From contig CBDHDG010000007.1 in the NCBI GenBank assembly GCA_965261595.1, forward strand, positions 1,216,001 through 1,280,000: a stretch of DNA of 64,000 bases, in the 5' to 3' direction. The DNA is from a bacterium. Lineage in GTDB: Bacteria; UBA8248; JACPRG01; G963555815. This document shows positions 63,473 through 64,000 of the stretch, piece by piece (within the stretch, counting starts at the first letter, position 1; each line of letters starts with the position of its first letter). A model generated the notes under the pieces. The model was not told the origin of the DNA. It worked only from the letters and a program-made list of their open reading frames with translations, and ran no database searches. The position numbers and the translations under genes are program-made.

Positions 63473-64000
63473 TTGGATTGGGGGCCGGATCTCGGAACAA
63501 CAATTGTCGCGTGGCTCAGCAATTTTCTCGCGGCCTCAGATATCCTCGCCTTTCGATGGCCGCGGAACTTGGCAGATGATCGGAGGACAAGGCATCAATG
63601 GAAGTTAAGAGAAGGACAAATACGAACGGTCAAGATCTTTCGAAGTATTCAAAGGGCGCCTTTTTGTTGGGCTCGAACAGCCTAAAGGCGAGGTTTGGGC
63701 GTGGGACGGGAAGGCCTGGGAGAAGGTTTGCGGCGATGGAATCGCGGGTTCGTGGTCCGAAAGCTTGGGTGTTCCCGTGCTGAAGGCGTCCAATGGTCGT
63801 CTTTACGCGGGTGTCTATTATGACCGCCAACTTCGCGGCGAGGTGTGGGCATATGACGGTGCGAAATGGGAGGCGGTTGGTCAGCCTAGATCAATAAAAG
63901 GTCAGCTGGAAAAAGGGTTTTGCAGTCCGTATTCCATGACCGTCATGGATGACTCTCTAATTATCGGATTCACAAGCCGAAAGCAGGCTTGCCTTTTCAG
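63473..64000 (+). pseudogene. Degraded beta-propeller-like repeat protein (runs off window)
   Basis: Repeats GRLFVG...EVWAWDGKAWE and GRLYAG...EVWAYDGAKWE; in-frame TAA at 63606-63608 (INGS* versus IAGSW). Confidence 0.6.

Noticed and set aside
4985..63608. Alternative genetic code explaining the in-frame stops
   Set aside because: TGA, TAG and TAA all occur as internal stops and all terminate normal genes, so reassignment is not supported
1..64000. CRISPR array or cas genes
   Set aside because: No regularly spaced direct-repeat array or cas motifs seen; repeats are explained by IS copies and palindromic elements

Overview
GC-rich bacterial chromosome segment, heavily invaded by insertion sequences and partly decaying. 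Core and metabolic genes: ECF sigma/anti-sigma pair, a caspase-family peptidase, Zn-dehydrogenase, amidinotransferase, Rieske oxygenase, NMT1-type binding proteins, ornithine cyclodeaminase-like and creatininase-like genes, aminotransferase, tRNA-Ser, large SRP RNA, dnaX-ybaB-recR, and a cyclic amidohydrolase. These are interleaved with IS1595, IS1380, IS3 and IS630 elements, fragments of a phage/satellite-like element (AlpA/HTH, AAA helicase, TerS-like protein, a tRNA-derived att remnant) and a defence island (SNF2 helicase-DUF4391-type III Mod/Res, RES, Mrr-like, SIR2, HigA). Most notable: two unrelated transposase-less cargo cassettes (11710-13443 and 14489-15446) have related terminal inverted repeats and perfect 8-bp target duplications. 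Each of their four ends carries a pair of 16-bp palindromes resembling NrdR boxes. Also notable is an IS1595 element present twice that carries a translationally coupled methyltransferase-Mrr fusion. All calls come from reading motifs by eye; no database searches were run, and some frameshifts may be sequencing errors.
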